A stretch of DNA of 64,000 bases from positions 66,613-130,612 of the forward strand of contig CDMY01000298.1 in the NCBI GenBank assembly GCA_001179505.1, written 5' to 3'. The first letter of the stretch is position 1. Each line of letters begins with the position of its first letter. The stretch comes from Vitrella brassicaformis CCMP3155 (taxonomy: Eukaryota > Protista > Chromerida). Shown piece after piece: positions 13,187-25,936 of this stretch. The position numbers and the translations under genes are program-made. The notes beneath the pieces were generated by a model, which searched no databases, was not told the origin of the DNA, and was given only the letters and a program-made list of their open reading frames with translations.

Positions 13187-14218
13187 ATGGGTGACGTCGC
13201 TCACTTCAACGCAGATGACGCCCTGAATGACCTGCAGAAAACCGCCGACCAATGCAGTCAGCAGCACACAGCACAGAGCACCGCAGATCTTCCCATCCTG
13301 ATGCATGGTGCGTTGTGGGGTTCGTGGTGTGTCGTTCCCTTCAGATGCGGAACTTCAGATGCTAGCCAAGAAGGTCATCGAGCAGGATGTGATGATAGAC
13401 GCCACCAAGGCCGCCCTCAAGCGCCTCGCTGCCCGCCTGACGAGGTTGGGTGTGCGTCAGGGTGCCGGCGGGAACGAGAACGACCATGCGTACGTCAAGG
13501 GCATGAATGAGCTGCTGGAGGGGCGGCAGGACGATCCCATGGGTGAGGATGCTGACGTGTTTGTCGACGTTGCTGAGTTTGCGGACAAGTGCCCCATCAC
13601 ACAAGGCGAGAAGAGGAGGAATGAGGCGTGTGTTCTGTATGTATCTCATTCTCTCTTGTGCGTCTGTCTACTTGCCGTGTCCCTCTCAGAGCCATTTGAG
13701 CATCCCGTCCATCAAGGTGCACACGCAGCAACACACTAAAGGCCCACCGTCGCCGAGCCACCCATCCCCCCTTCCCTCGCTCCCCGTGTGTGTCTGCAGT
13801 TGTGCCCCCGAACGCTCCCGTCCCCGCCCATCCCCCCTGCACACACACCTTCGAGCGCCACGCCATCCTCCAGCTGTTCGCCACAAGCCCCCGCATCGAG
13901 TGCCCAGTTCACGGCTGCAGCCGGTGGGTGATCCGGGCCTTCCTGCGGGACAACGAGCTGCTGAAGCGACACCTGCAGGCACAGAGGGAGGAGGGTGCGG
14001 CCGGGGGAGGGGGAGGGGCCGCTGCTGCGGCGGCGGCTGCAGCAGCTGGTGGTGATGGCGATGGTCATGGTGGTGATGGGGACGAGATGGACTTCACGGG
14101 GCAGGATGACGAGCAGCGTCAGGATGGCATGAAGGAGGAGGACGAGTGGAAAACTCCCAGGAGCAGGGAAGTCAAGCGGGAGGAGCCAGACGACGTAGAT
14201 GTTGATATGGCGGGATGA
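13187..14218 (+). CDS. NSE2: E3 SUMO-protein ligase NSE2/MMS21 (SP-RING, Smc5/6 complex subunit)
   Basis: N-terminal helical region followed by the SP-RING signature CPITQ-EPFEHPV...CTHTFERHAIL...ECPVHGC, spread over several exons; acidic tail; stop at 14216-14218. Confidence 0.85.
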
Positions 14219-15780
14219 GCAAAGTGGTGGATGGGGTGGGATAGGTGTGTCTGCGTGTTTGACCTGTGAACAGTGTCGACAACCTCTGCCTGTCGTGAGA
14301 CTTTGTCTGTCGGCCAGGACGCTCCTCACATTCCCTGCAGAAATGGAGCATGTGAGAAACGTCGGGGCTGAGCGACAAGGTCTCAAGACAGCGGGGGCGT
14401 GACGTGCCATGTGAAGATTCTCACGCTCCGGCTATGAATCCAACAGTCAGTGTGTCATGACAAAGGTTCCCTCCTCGTCAGCAATTCGTATATCCGTCCA
14501 CAGACATGGACGAAGCAGCAGGCAAAGACAGACAGCAAGTATGGAAGCACACAGATACGGCACCCCCTCCCCCTGTCTGTCTGTGTGCATGTGGGTGTGT
14601 GGTGGCCCAGTGCTGCCAAGCACGCGGATGGGCCGTTACGTGACTGCCGCCCGTCTATCAGCGCATCGAGAGAATATCATCGGCAAAAGTTCGCGCCATT
14701 TGAACGTCCTCCCTCTCTATCTGTCGGCCCCTCCCCCTCCCTCCCTTGCCTGCCTGTCTCGTGTTGCCTGACTTGTCCGACCCACCAACCCCCCCGAAGC
14801 AGCAGGGCAAGTGGGTTGCTGCAGGGTGTCCGAAGCCCCGCAGCCGTTGGGTCGGAGTGAATTGTCGATGCGACCTGTCACCCACGACCTCCTGCCCGCA
14901 GCCCTTTCCTCTCCAGGGAGGTACATGCAGGCCGGAGGTGGAGGTGTCCAGTCAACCGATAGTTCAGGACCGGACCCTCCCCCCAACTCATGCTGCTGCC
15001 GAGGAGCAGCCCTGTCAGTGAGTGACTGACAGCCCACCTCAGAGGCACCCCATCGACAGCATACGAAGCGCATGGGTGGGACGCTGGCTGCCCATCAATC
15101 AGACCCGCGAATGAAACACTACACGACCTCACTCAGGGGTGTTGCGGCACAAAAGGTCCGGAGGTGCGAGTGAGCACCGCACAGCACACGGGCACGCAGA
15201 CGGACAAGAGGCAACGTAAGTACGCTCACGTCAACCCACCATGGCAAGACAAGACAGCCGGTGTGTGTGTGAGTGTGTGGTGTTGGGAGAGGGCGAGGTA
15301 AAGTGATAGACTGATGAGGGGGTCCAGTGCTGCTCGGCACACCGGATGGACCCTTGACATGAATGAGGACTGCCGGTGAGACGTGTTTGAACGTCACTCC
15401 CACACACCACACCCAGCCAGTGGTCACACAGACACAGACAGACAGACAGACAAGGAGGGGGCACGTGCAAAATGCAGAGGTAGAGATAGACGAGAATCGT
15501 ATGCAACATCCATAACGACGAGAGATGGTCGTCACACATTTCCCACGCTGAGCGTGACAGCATCCATACTTCATTCGATTGCTGGCATCAACCAATGCCC
15601 ACACATCGAGTGAAGCCGGATGGTGTCACGCCCGGCGCATAGGAATGCGACTCTGTGTGCCGGCATCAATAACAATCACAAATGAGATATATAGGCACGC
15701 AGGCAAAACGTCAAAAACAGAGCAAGAGTGAGCCAAAAAGAGCCCCAGTCCGTGGCCCAACGAGACCCACGTCACGTCAC

Positions 15781-18080
15781 TCACTGTCTGTGCCTATCCC
15801 GCACCAGCCGCTCTGACTGGGCAACCTTCTTCTTCTTGACAGTGCTCTCCACCAAGGGATGGAAGCCTCCACTCTGCCCGTGCTGGCGAGACTTGACATT
15901 CACCGTAGCTCGCAGCCCGCTCAACACGCTCGCGAACTGGCCCCCTCCAGCCCTCTCGCCCTGAGACGTCGACACGCTGCTCAGAGGGCCGCCTGAGCGG
16001 TTGGCGAAAGATGATGGCGGTTGCAGCTGAACGGTCACGGCAGCCTCCACAGATGGGGCAGAGGGGGGGCGGATGTTGGCCTCCCTCGTAGGCGTCTGTC
16101 GGCCGACCGCCGGGAGGTCGTTGGCGGAGCTCCTGCTGGACATGCCGCCATTGTTGTTGGCTGCTGCTGCTGCATGGGGGAGGGGCTGTGGCGCCATCCT
16201 TGCCTTCTTCGGAAAGGCGGGGAAGGGCAGTCTCAGCTGAAGCAGCGAGGGGGGCAGCAGTGGCGATGGCGTGGTGCTGGCCGTCATCATGATGCCGCCG
16301 TCGCCCTCCGTCTTGCTCTGCCGCCTTTTGCATCTGCAGCAAATTCTGGCGATAATCGTGGTGCTGGCCCGCAGGGGCGAGAGCAGCGAGAGGGTCGCTT
16401 GGACGAGGTACGAGATGACGAGCCAGAACCACTCGTTGGTGCCCGATGGCGGGGCGGCGCCGCGCCGCTGCAGGTTGAGCAGGGCGTGGTCGGTGATGGC
16501 CAGCTTCTTGAGCAGAAAGGCGTGCTGGTCGGCCGTCGACCTCTTGACGTCGTCAAACGACTCCAGCAGCTCCTGCATGGACACGTGCAGCCCGCGAACC
16601 TGTGAATAGTCAACATGAGAACAATTGTCTGCGTCAGGGGGACTATCGCACGTCTCTCTCTCTCACCTGATCCGTGAGCTCCTCCACCCTGCTGGTGAGC
16701 CGCTGGTTGGCCTCGTCCAGCCTGGCCAGCTCACCGCCCACCCACACACCCCACTCGCTGCTGCCGTCCTCCAACCTCTGTCGCCTCTCGTCAGCTCCCA
16801 TGACCGACCTCTGCTTCTCATGCTGCAGCGCACTCACAGCCCATGGGGGCGGCGCGTCCTTGTCGTTGACGACTGAGTCAGAGGAGGGCGGGGGCGGGGT
16901 CAGCCGTATCTGTGAGCTATCTGGAGGAGGAAGGCTCGGCCGCGCTGACTCGAGCTTGGGAGAGAAGAAGGCCCCGTCAGTGGGACGGGTGGCGTTATAT
17001 TCGACGATGAGGGATGATCGACGGTGGGGGACGTGGGGTGGGGCATTGAGTGCTGGTGGCTCGATGGAACGGTCAGACTGCAGGCAAAAGGCAACAGCGG
17101 AGCCCACCACCCACACACGTCGACAGCTGACCACTTTTCTTTATCTGTCTTCGCTTACGCTGGCAGTGTGTACGCTAGCCACGGAACCGCTCCACCTTCC
17201 CTGAAGGTCATCGTCTGGCAGGGCGGGGATGGCATCCTGGAACACATCTTCCCTCTCGTCCCCGGCCGATGCCACCACTGGCGGCGGTAGAGTGCGCGAT
17301 GACGGGGGAGGGAGGGGATCGGGGGGCAGTGTGTGGTGGTGGTGGTGGTGATGCTGCCTGGTGCCGCCATGGCGACGAGGCAGCCGAAACATGCCGCCTC
17401 TCGGCTCCTGAATCCAATGCAAGAAAACAGACGATCAGAGTAGAAGAGAAGGTGCTCTACGTCGTTGTGTCTGGGACTCACCGATGGCAGGATAGGCGAA
17501 TGTCGCCGTTGCTCCTGCGTCGGTGAAGGCACCGCATGGCCATGCGCCTCCGCAGCTCGTGGCCTTGCCACGCGAGACGGCGAGTCTGGTGCAGGGGCGG
17601 GAGGGTCAGCAGGCCGCTCGAGGGCCTCAGCGTAGGCCGCATTGTCGCCATCCTCGTCCCTGTCGGATCTTTTGCCCCACCTTCTCCTCCTCTGTCCGCC
17701 GTCGCCACCCTCTCTGGGTGCCCGCCATCCTCTGCGATGGCCGTGGTGGCGGTCTATCGATTTGTCCCGGTGGGGCCGGCCGGGTCTGGTCCATCGGGAG
17801 GGGCCTGAGGCGCCTGGCTCACGCGCACTGTTGAGGCCTCGACGGGCGAGGATGGGGAACAGCAGATAGGGGTGGCTGGGGGACACAGACACACACGAGG
17901 ACCGAACAGACATCAGTGTGGGTCTCGGAGGCCTTGAAGTGCATCATGATGTTGTTTGTGTCGGGCTTACCCTCCATTGACGCCTTTGAGAAGTGAGAGG
18001 GGGGTGCGTTTCTTGCCAGTGGGGTGTCGGCTGCCACTGCCGGCACTGCCGACGCTATCTGCATCGCTGAAGATGTCCAT
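15781..18080 (-). CDS. Hypothetical protein with a coiled coil followed by one predicted transmembrane segment
   Basis: Start MDIFSDADSVGS at 18080; exons include RLDEANQRLTSRVEELTDQVR...MQELLESFDDVKRS (heptad-like) and the hydrophobic EWFWLVISYLVQATLSLL. The 3' end may extend past 15781 through a donor site at CTG|GTGCGG. Confidence 0.55.
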
Positions 18081-18529
18081 TCTAGCTAGTGTCCATCAGG
18101 TGATTGAGGCCTGAACACACATGGCGTGCGTCGGAAAGGACAAGCGCAGAAAGCTGCCGCATATGTGGTGGTTTTCTCCATCTTTCGTTCGCACCTTGTG
18201 GCATGGGCTCATGCTCAGCCTCGCAGATGCCATCCGCGGTGACTCATTGCCTCGCAGTGCCACACGCAGCTCCCGATAGCGCCATTCTTACATTCTTCCA
18301 CCATGATGCGAGAGGCTGACGAAGCAAGCACCTTCGCGTGGCTTGACGCGTGTTTGCTGCAGCCGATATTTGCGAGCTCATCTCCATCCACAGCTCGCGC
18401 TTTGAGGAGAGGGAAGCTCGAGGAGAGGGACGCTGCGTCTGTTGTATCTCGTCATGAGCACCGCAGCTTCCTCATCGACCAGATAAGAGCTTTTGTATCG
18501 ATGCTCAGGCCGCAGCAAGGCTCCACAGC

Positions 18530-20205
18530 ATGTTGTTTCGCTTGCTGGTTGCTTCAACCGCCGTGCTAGCAGCCGTATTGGGTGTGGGATATCACTACTT
18601 CCGCCCTCTCTACCCGCGGCGACTCGCCATCATTGAGTGTGAGCAACCACACACTCAGACGTGATGCAATTCTGGTGCAATTCATCTGAAAGAACCGCTT
18701 TACCTTCTTCTCAGGTGAGGGCGGCACGGACAAGGCAGCTCACGGCCACCGTGCGGACACGCCGCCTCTCCAGCGGGCATTTGAAAGGCACGGGTACCAC
18801 GCTGACATCATCTTCTTTGCCGATGACCATGCCTCGTGGCTTGCCAAGGAGCTGCCACGCAACTACACGGCGGTGATGAGTCGGGTGGACCCAGGCGATT
18901 ACCTCTACTGCACTGAGGGACGGCTGCACGCCTTCCTGAGGACGCTCAACGCATCTGGGATGGTCGTCTTCAACCACCCTGACATTCAGCACAAGATGGG
19001 GTGGGCGAGGGGAAGGAGAAAAACGTGTGCCGCGTGATTGCTCTCGTCATGGGTGTGCTGGTCTTTCCCGCCCCATGTGTGTGCGTGTCAGTTCGAAGGC
19101 GAGTCTGCTCAAGCTCGAGGGCATGCCGCTTGCCAACCCTGACGCCTACCACTACCACAGCTTCGAACATTTTGTCAGGTCAGCAGGCGGACGAGTCAGG
19201 CGCCACTGGAGGCAATTCACTCGCTGTCTGCGTCTTTGCTTTGTGTGTATGATGTCAGTCATTTTGCGGCGATCCTTCCGCAGATGGCGGCAGATGGGAG
19301 GATGCGTGTTCTGAAGCAGAACCGCGGCTCCAAGGGGGAGGGCGTCTGGCGAGTCGCTGTCAATCTCACCTCTGGCGGCGTCATGGGCGTCTTGGCCGAG
19401 GAGAAGACGGTCGACGAACAGCAGCAGCAGGCGCAGAGGGTGGTTCTCGATCGCAGGAACGGCAAGGCCGAGGGGAGGGACGGCAAAGGCAAAGGCAACG
19501 GCAACGGCAACGGCAACGGCAATGCTTCCACAGGCAGCAGTAGCAACAGCAAGGCGCTGATCGTTCCCAAGAAGGCGTCCATCCAGCTGACGCCAGACAC
19601 CATGCTCGTTCTGACAGAGGCCAAGGACAACCACGAGGAGTCGCGGACCTTTCAGAACTTCACTTCATTCTTCGAGCGTTATTTTGAGGAGCAGGGGGAC
19701 TCTGTCGTCAACCAGGCATACCTCACACGCATCAGCGAAGGCGAGATTCGCGTCATCCTATCAGGTCGGTGGGCAGCGCAGCACAGCACAGCACAGAAGG
19801 GAGAGAGAGCGATCGGAGATAAATGTGTGTGACGTACGTGTATGGTCAGGTCGGACAATCCTCAAGGTGGTGGAGAGGCGGCCCGACGCGTCCACCAACA
19901 GCGACGCCTTCTCTGCCAACCTGGGAGCAATGGCCACCCACGACTACTACGATCCGCGAGAGCGGCCGTCGATCGTTGACTTCCTGCACTCGCAGCTGGG
20001 CGAGATGCTCGACCGGCTGGACGTGTCGGAGCCGCCTGTGCTGTGGACGTGTGACTTCATCCGCGACGGGCCACCAGAGAGGACCGTGTACATATTGAGC
20101 GAGATCAATGCTGCGTGTGTTGGGTTCTCTGGCCACCCGCCGCTGGCCGACCTGGTGGCACAGAGGGTCATCGACACGGTCGAGAGGATCAAGAGAGGCA
20201 GATGA
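18530..20205 (+). CDS. Cj0069-like (DUF6815-type) ATP-grasp fold protein with an N-terminal signal peptide or signal anchor
   Basis: Spliced motifs IIECEGGTDKAAHGHRADT, MSRVDPG, RVLKQNRGSKGEGVWRV, TEAKDNH, YLTRISEGEIRVIL, DAFSANL, LWTCDFI, YILSEINAACVGF match the bacterial Cj0069 family as recalled. Exon 1 (18530-18638) encodes MLFRLLVASTAVLAAVLGVGYHYF. Confidence 0.85.
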
Positions 20206-20857
20206 CATCGATGGGCAGGGCGGGAGGGCGGGAAGGGTCCCTGTACACGAACATCTGTGAATGTGTATGTCTTTGTGTTCGTATGTGTGGATGGTTTTGT
20301 TCTGGTGAGGGGGGAGGGGGAGGAAAGTACCAGATGATATGGATGGATGGATGGATGGTGAAGGGTAGTAGGGGAGGGAGGGGCGACGACCATTGAGCAG
20401 GCACCGTGTTTTTCTGTCAGTCAGCAGATGGATGGATGGATGGGGCGATGAGTGTGGTGTGCATGCTCTGTGGTGAGTTTGCGATTGTGAGCGTAGGAAT
20501 GCGAATGAGTGCGTGTAGGCGACGTGCCGTCAGTGCAATGTCGTATTCTTCGTTCGTGCGCTGGTGAGACTTTTTGGTGTGGGTGACAGACGACCCTCAA
20601 TGATCTCAATGACCCTTCCCCCAATGCACAATGGCTTCATCTCATCGCTTAACCAATCAGGACATTATAGACAGACAGTCCTTTGGCCTCATCGTGCACG
20701 ACGGACACGATCAAGCTGATGCCATGTCAATGTCGCATCCTTCCGACAGTCAATCGGCGCCATCCTGGCCCTCGCCCTCCTCCTGCAGACAATCACCAGC
20801 CACACGCGCGTCAGGAACTAACATACTTGCAGTGTCCATCCCTCTCGCCCTCCTTGC

Positions 20858-22553
20858 TCAGCCTACCGGTATCGCTCCCAGGTCAAAGTTGCCCTTCGTC
20901 TCTGAAGAGATGACATGAAGAGATGACAGCCAGCAAGGCACAAGTGAAGGCCAATGCTCGTGACAGGGCCCGTGGGTGGTGTCGTCTGTCTGCTTACTTA
21001 CCCAGGTCCTCGCCATACTGGATGTTCGTGTCGATGTGCTGCATCAGCTCATCTGCACACAAACAACGCACAGACAGAGGTGGGTCGCTTCCCCAGAACA
21101 GACAGATTGATTCAGACAACGGGCTTCTCTCCTTTGGCGTGTCGTCTTACCGATAGAGTCCGGCTCCTGGATGTTGAGAGTCAGGAAAGACACCATGCTG
21201 TAGTCCTCCAGCTGCACACACACACACACACACACACATATCCACGTGGCCAAGGGGCAGCCTCGGCGGTGTCGTTTGTACTCACCAATTCTCCCATGGC
21301 CCGATTGAGGTCATGATACCTCCCCAGCGGACCCTAAACAGAACGAACCACACGCACGCGTGGTGCCGCCCCCCTTACCCTTACTTACTGCATGCCCCCC
21401 CTACCTACCTGCACTTGTGCGACGAGGTCCCTCGGTTCGCCCTGCAGATATCGGTCCACCTGCTCGCGATCGCTCTCCTCCAGCAAATCGCACTTGGTCA
21501 ACACCTGCATACACCACACACCGAAGGGCAGCATTATGGATGGATTGCCCTCCCTTGTGCGCGAGGGTGTTTGATATGGCCGGCTGCTTACATTGACGTG
21601 CGGAAGCTCCAGCTGCACCATCGCACTCAACGCCCTGCATGGAGCAAAGGGGCAGAAATTGAGCCGACTCTGCGCATGGTGTCCCCTGTGCTGGTGTGTA
21701 CATGAGCGATCCGGCGATGAATTTGGGTATGTCGGTGATGAATGAGACGTCGAGGCAGCAGACCCCACATAACCGAAAGTCCAGTGTCTGCAGCTTGTCC
21801 ACCAGCTGACGCATTATCGGCAGATGGTTGTACAACTCAATCTGACACATATATCATAAAAAACACGGGTACACAAGTCCACCTTTACGCTGTTGAAAGC
21901 GATGGCACAGGTTGGTTGCTCACCTGCCCAGGGCAGTCGAAGAGAAAGTACTCGTCATCACCTGCACGCAATGGCACACGAGAACACATGACAAAGGCAG
22001 GCGTAGGCAGGCGTTTTCGTCAGCTCTCCGTACCGAATTGGTCGAGCTCCGATTGCAGCCAATCGAAATTGTCAATCAGATACCTGCAAAACAGACAGAC
22101 AGACAGACAGACAGACAAACGCGGACACCACATCTCATGTATACTCTTCACAGTCCCCCAGCTTCCTGTTCATGCTCAGCTCACTCCATGGCGAAGACGA
22201 GCCCCCCGTTGGGTCCCAGATTCGACTCCTCCATCACATCCTCGAGAGTCACCAACTCACGCACGTCTACACAGACATCAACACGCCCTGTCTGCCTGTC
22301 ATGCTGACCTGCTACTCTCACGCTCACCGATGGCACATGGGTATTCGAACTCCTCGGCAGCTGGGTCGAGGTTCACACAGCGCAGCAGACGGCCGGAGCA
22401 CTCGGCGTGCTTCGTAAGGGCCGCACAGTACGTGGACTGAAGGGCACACAAAGCACGCAAACAGATCCGTCGACTTGTCCGTTTCGGTGTGCTTTGTTTG
22501 TGTACCTTTCCGCATCCCGCTGGCCCAATGACAACCTGCCCGAACCGCACCAT
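20858..22553 (-). CDS. GPN3: GPN-loop GTPase 3
   Basis: [20 protein letters not shown] (P-loop), [66 protein letters not shown]; the C-terminal motifs fit GPN3 better than GPN1 or GPN2. Last exon approximate. Confidence 0.9.
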
Positions 22554-22587
22554 GGGATTGCACCAAGCCAGGCGCTGGGGTGAAGGG

Positions 22588-22596
22588 TTAGGGTTT
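22588..22596 (-). promoter_or_regulatory. Telo-box-like motif AAACCCTAA about 35 bp upstream of the GPN3 ATG
   Basis: Plus strand reads TTAGGGTTT at 22588-22596, in the short spacer between divergent genes. Function inferred only by analogy with plant telo-boxes. Confidence 0.3.
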
Positions 22597-22860
22597 GGGC
22601 GCGAATTCTATAGCTCGCAGGAGACGGGAAGGGGTGGCAGAAAATGCATATTTTCTGCCGCCTTTCCTGCTTCCAGCCCCTCCCCTCCCGCACCGCTGCA
22701 CAGGCGCCAAGGCGTCCGTCCACCCCTTCGGTTATCGGCACGTTGCGCTCTCCTCCTGCCGCTGCTTTCTCTCCCGTGCGTGTGGGCTTGCTTTTACAAA
22801 ACGTACGGCCATGGCACCTGTGGCTGTGTCTTCGTGTGTGCGTGTGTGCGTGCGTGTAGG

Positions 22861-25800
22861 TGGGCGGTTTTTCGATCGTCTCGGCTGGAGCTTCCTGCCT
22901 TGGGACGAGCGCCACTGACGTGCACCACGTCGCACCCAGCCCTCTGAAGCGCGGCGAGTGGATCAAGTACGAGTAGGAGAGAGGGGGCTGGAGAGAGCTG
23001 CATGTCGTGCAGCGTGCAAGTGACGATGTGCACTGTGCAGAAACACCTTGCGTCATCGAGGTGCCGCAGGACGATCGACCTCGCAAGGCGGATGGAGAAG
23101 CTGGGCAAGGCGGCGGAGTACGAGCGCATCTACAAGGAGGAGCTCCTCAAGGCCAAGTGGCCCGACACGCTCCTCCTGTGCGCCAAGGGGATCGACAGCC
23201 TGGCTGCCTGCCATGCCAAGGCCGACGAGATCCTCGGCGCACTGCGCGAGCTCCACGTGCAGTCGTCCTTGGTCGACCTGGTGGAGGGTGGCGGAAGGAG
23301 GGAGCCGCGGAGGTGGAAACGCTGGTGAATATGGTGAACGAGAGAAACATCAGCCTGCTCAAGGCCGCCACAGCCACCATCTTCGTGCAGACCAGCGCCA
23401 GGCCGGAAGAGAGGAGCGAGGAAGGGCGGATGCCCTTGATCAGCGACCAGCTGGGCCAGCTGCTGCGGGGGTGCGATGCCGTGCTCTTTATACTGCCCCC
23501 CTGCCCGACCCCCTCCACCTCGCCCGCACCCTAAGAGCAAACCGAACGGGAGGCCACATACTAGGGAGGCCAGTCATGCCTCAGATGGGGAGGGCCCTGC
23601 ATGTCCTGTACGTATTGGGAGGAGGGCATGGAGCGGCGGCAAGTGATTGAGGAGTGCATCGTCGTTGAGGAGGATCCTGTGGGTGCTGATGATGCGTCTC
23701 GTGGTGCTGTCATGGATCTGGAGGAGCCGTCTGATCCACCACGGGACGATCAAGAACACCAGTCGCCGACCAACCAGAGGCCGCTGGTGGTTGAGGAGAC
23801 AATCGAAGCAGAAGAGGGGGCTGTCGATGGTGAGCAGCAGATAGCCGATGAAAAGGAGGAGCCAATCGACTTTGAGCTAGCCGCACAAGACACCGGCAAA
23901 GAGGGTGCTGGTGTGGAGCAAGGAGGAATTTCTTCGAGGACAGTGATAAGGACAGTGTTCGAGGGTGGGGGGCTCCTTGACGAGCATTGGAGACGCAGTG
24001 TGGGGGCCATCTCGAGCTCATATTTCTCGTCACCGGTGACGCCGCAACCTTCACTCAACACAAGTGACTTGAGGGAGCAGTTCCTGCCTGCTGCAGGGTG
24101 AGTGAGTACTGAGGCAGACATTCACGCATACGTTTGTCATCCGACATGTGGCTGTGACCTCTCATTCTCATTCTCAGGTCGGGTGGTCTCATCAGCGACG
24201 CCACTCTCGCTAACCTGTCTCTCTGGGCCGTCAACGGCTCTCACGTGTCGCTGGCGGGCGACCTCAGCGTCGTAGCCTTCCCTCCGCTCACCGACCACCT
24301 TGCCTTCACCATCCAGCACGTCACCGGTCAGCCGCTTAGCTTACCTCCTACCGGGGGCTGGAGAGAACAGTGACGATGTGTAGAGAAACCTTGCGTCGTC
24401 ATCGACAAGAAGCATGACAAGCCCAGATATCGACTGTCGACAAAGGGAGGGATGCGTTTGAGGTGCTGATGGATTTGATGGAGGCCTTAAGGGAGAGAGA
24501 GAGGCTGGACGGCAGACACATCCTGAGCATGGCTGGCTGCACATGTGACAAAGAGGTGAGTAAGGATGGAGGGATGTATGGGTCCAGAGCTGATGTGGAG
24601 CGCGCGTGTGTGTGCAGGGAAGTGTATCTGACAACAGACTGGCACACCTCCATGTCGAGGGGAGGTTTCGCGTGGTGCCTGTCATGTGCGCATGGATGTA
24701 TCGTGGACCATCCTCAGCCGAAGCCTAGCGCACGTGCCGCTCGCTATGCGGGGGGGGGACCCCGCAGCATAGGTATACCTGCAGACAGAGAGATGTGCAT
24801 TTCTTTCCCTCTTCTCTGAGCGCATGTCTCTTCCTCTGTCTGTGTCAGATCGCCGCCTGCATTTTATATCATCTTGCCACTTTCGCCGACTTCGTCTGCT
24901 CATCTGTGACTGCCTACAACTTTCCCTCAAAGGACAAGGAGAGGCCACTGATCCCCCGCCGCCCTCAACTGAACAAGACGGGCAGACTCATCACCGGGCC
25001 CCGGTGCACAAGGAGAGGCCGAGATACATCCGTCATCAATTCCATCGCTCACTCATGCCAATCCGGTGGTTGAATGTGCAGGTGTTTTAAATCAGCAACG
25101 AGAACGACGCGGCGCACAAGAGATGGCTGCAGGCGGAGAAAAACAAGAAAGCCATGGACGCTGCAAAGCACATCTGGAGTGCACGCCCGCCGTGCTCTTG
25201 TCAACTTCGCCAACATAAGCTCCGGCCCAAGTACGCGCCAGCAGGCGGCACGTCCACAACAAAATCATGGCATGTCTGGCTTTCTTGGTGCGTGTTGTTC
25301 AGCGGAACCTGGCTCGATAGTGCGGAGCACCACTACATCACCAGTTCTATCAGCGCAACCGCTGGGCTGCAGAAGCCGTCTCTGGAGCCCGACCTCGATT
25401 GCACAGCCACGCCAGCGGCACCCAGGCCGCCCACACAGGTAATGTACGTGCAAGAGAGATGTGGTGTTCCTCTCCGTGCGTGTGTGCAAGTGGTATGAGC
25501 GGCGACTGATTAGCATCATCCTGGTCGGTCCCCAGACGGCAAGCGTACACAGCAACGGCAAGCATACACACCATATGGATTGGTCTCCGCCTTTGCCCTT
25601 GTGTGTATGTCTGCGTCTGTATATCTATGTGTGCTTCAGGAAGCCAGACGGAAGATCCGGCTGCTGGAGTACGCCCAGCACGACACGGACCTATTTGGCG
25701 AGCTGGCCGCCGCCAACCTTGCCGCCAGGGGCAAGAAGACCACGGCACCACTCCAGCAGTCCCGAGGAGACTCCCTGCCGCCATCGCCAAGCCAAACCAG

Positions 25801-25936
25801 CCGCGCACCGTCACCCGCCGCATCGCCAGCACAGCCAGCCGACCTCATCGCCCATGATATGGAAGCGCTCTGCAGCCATCTCAGCTGCACGCGGCAGCGC
25901 CACAAGTGGCTGCGCCCCAGCAGCGAGCGCTCTTGA
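22861..25936 (+). pseudogene. Multi-exon hypothetical gene with an apparent frameshift near 23300
   Basis: Coding-like segments switch frame between ...LRELHVQSSLVDLVEGG and EGAAEVETLVNMVNERNISLL without a usable intron. Later segments: acidic ORF 23601-24101, QIAACILYHL exon, EARRKIRLLEYAQHD...PSSERS*. Model uncertain. Confidence 0.4.

Noticed and set aside
15781-17134. Possible mid-SUN or KASH nuclear envelope protein, suggested by coiled coil plus transmembrane segment
   Set aside because: No SUN-domain or KASH terminal motif visible; left as hypothetical.
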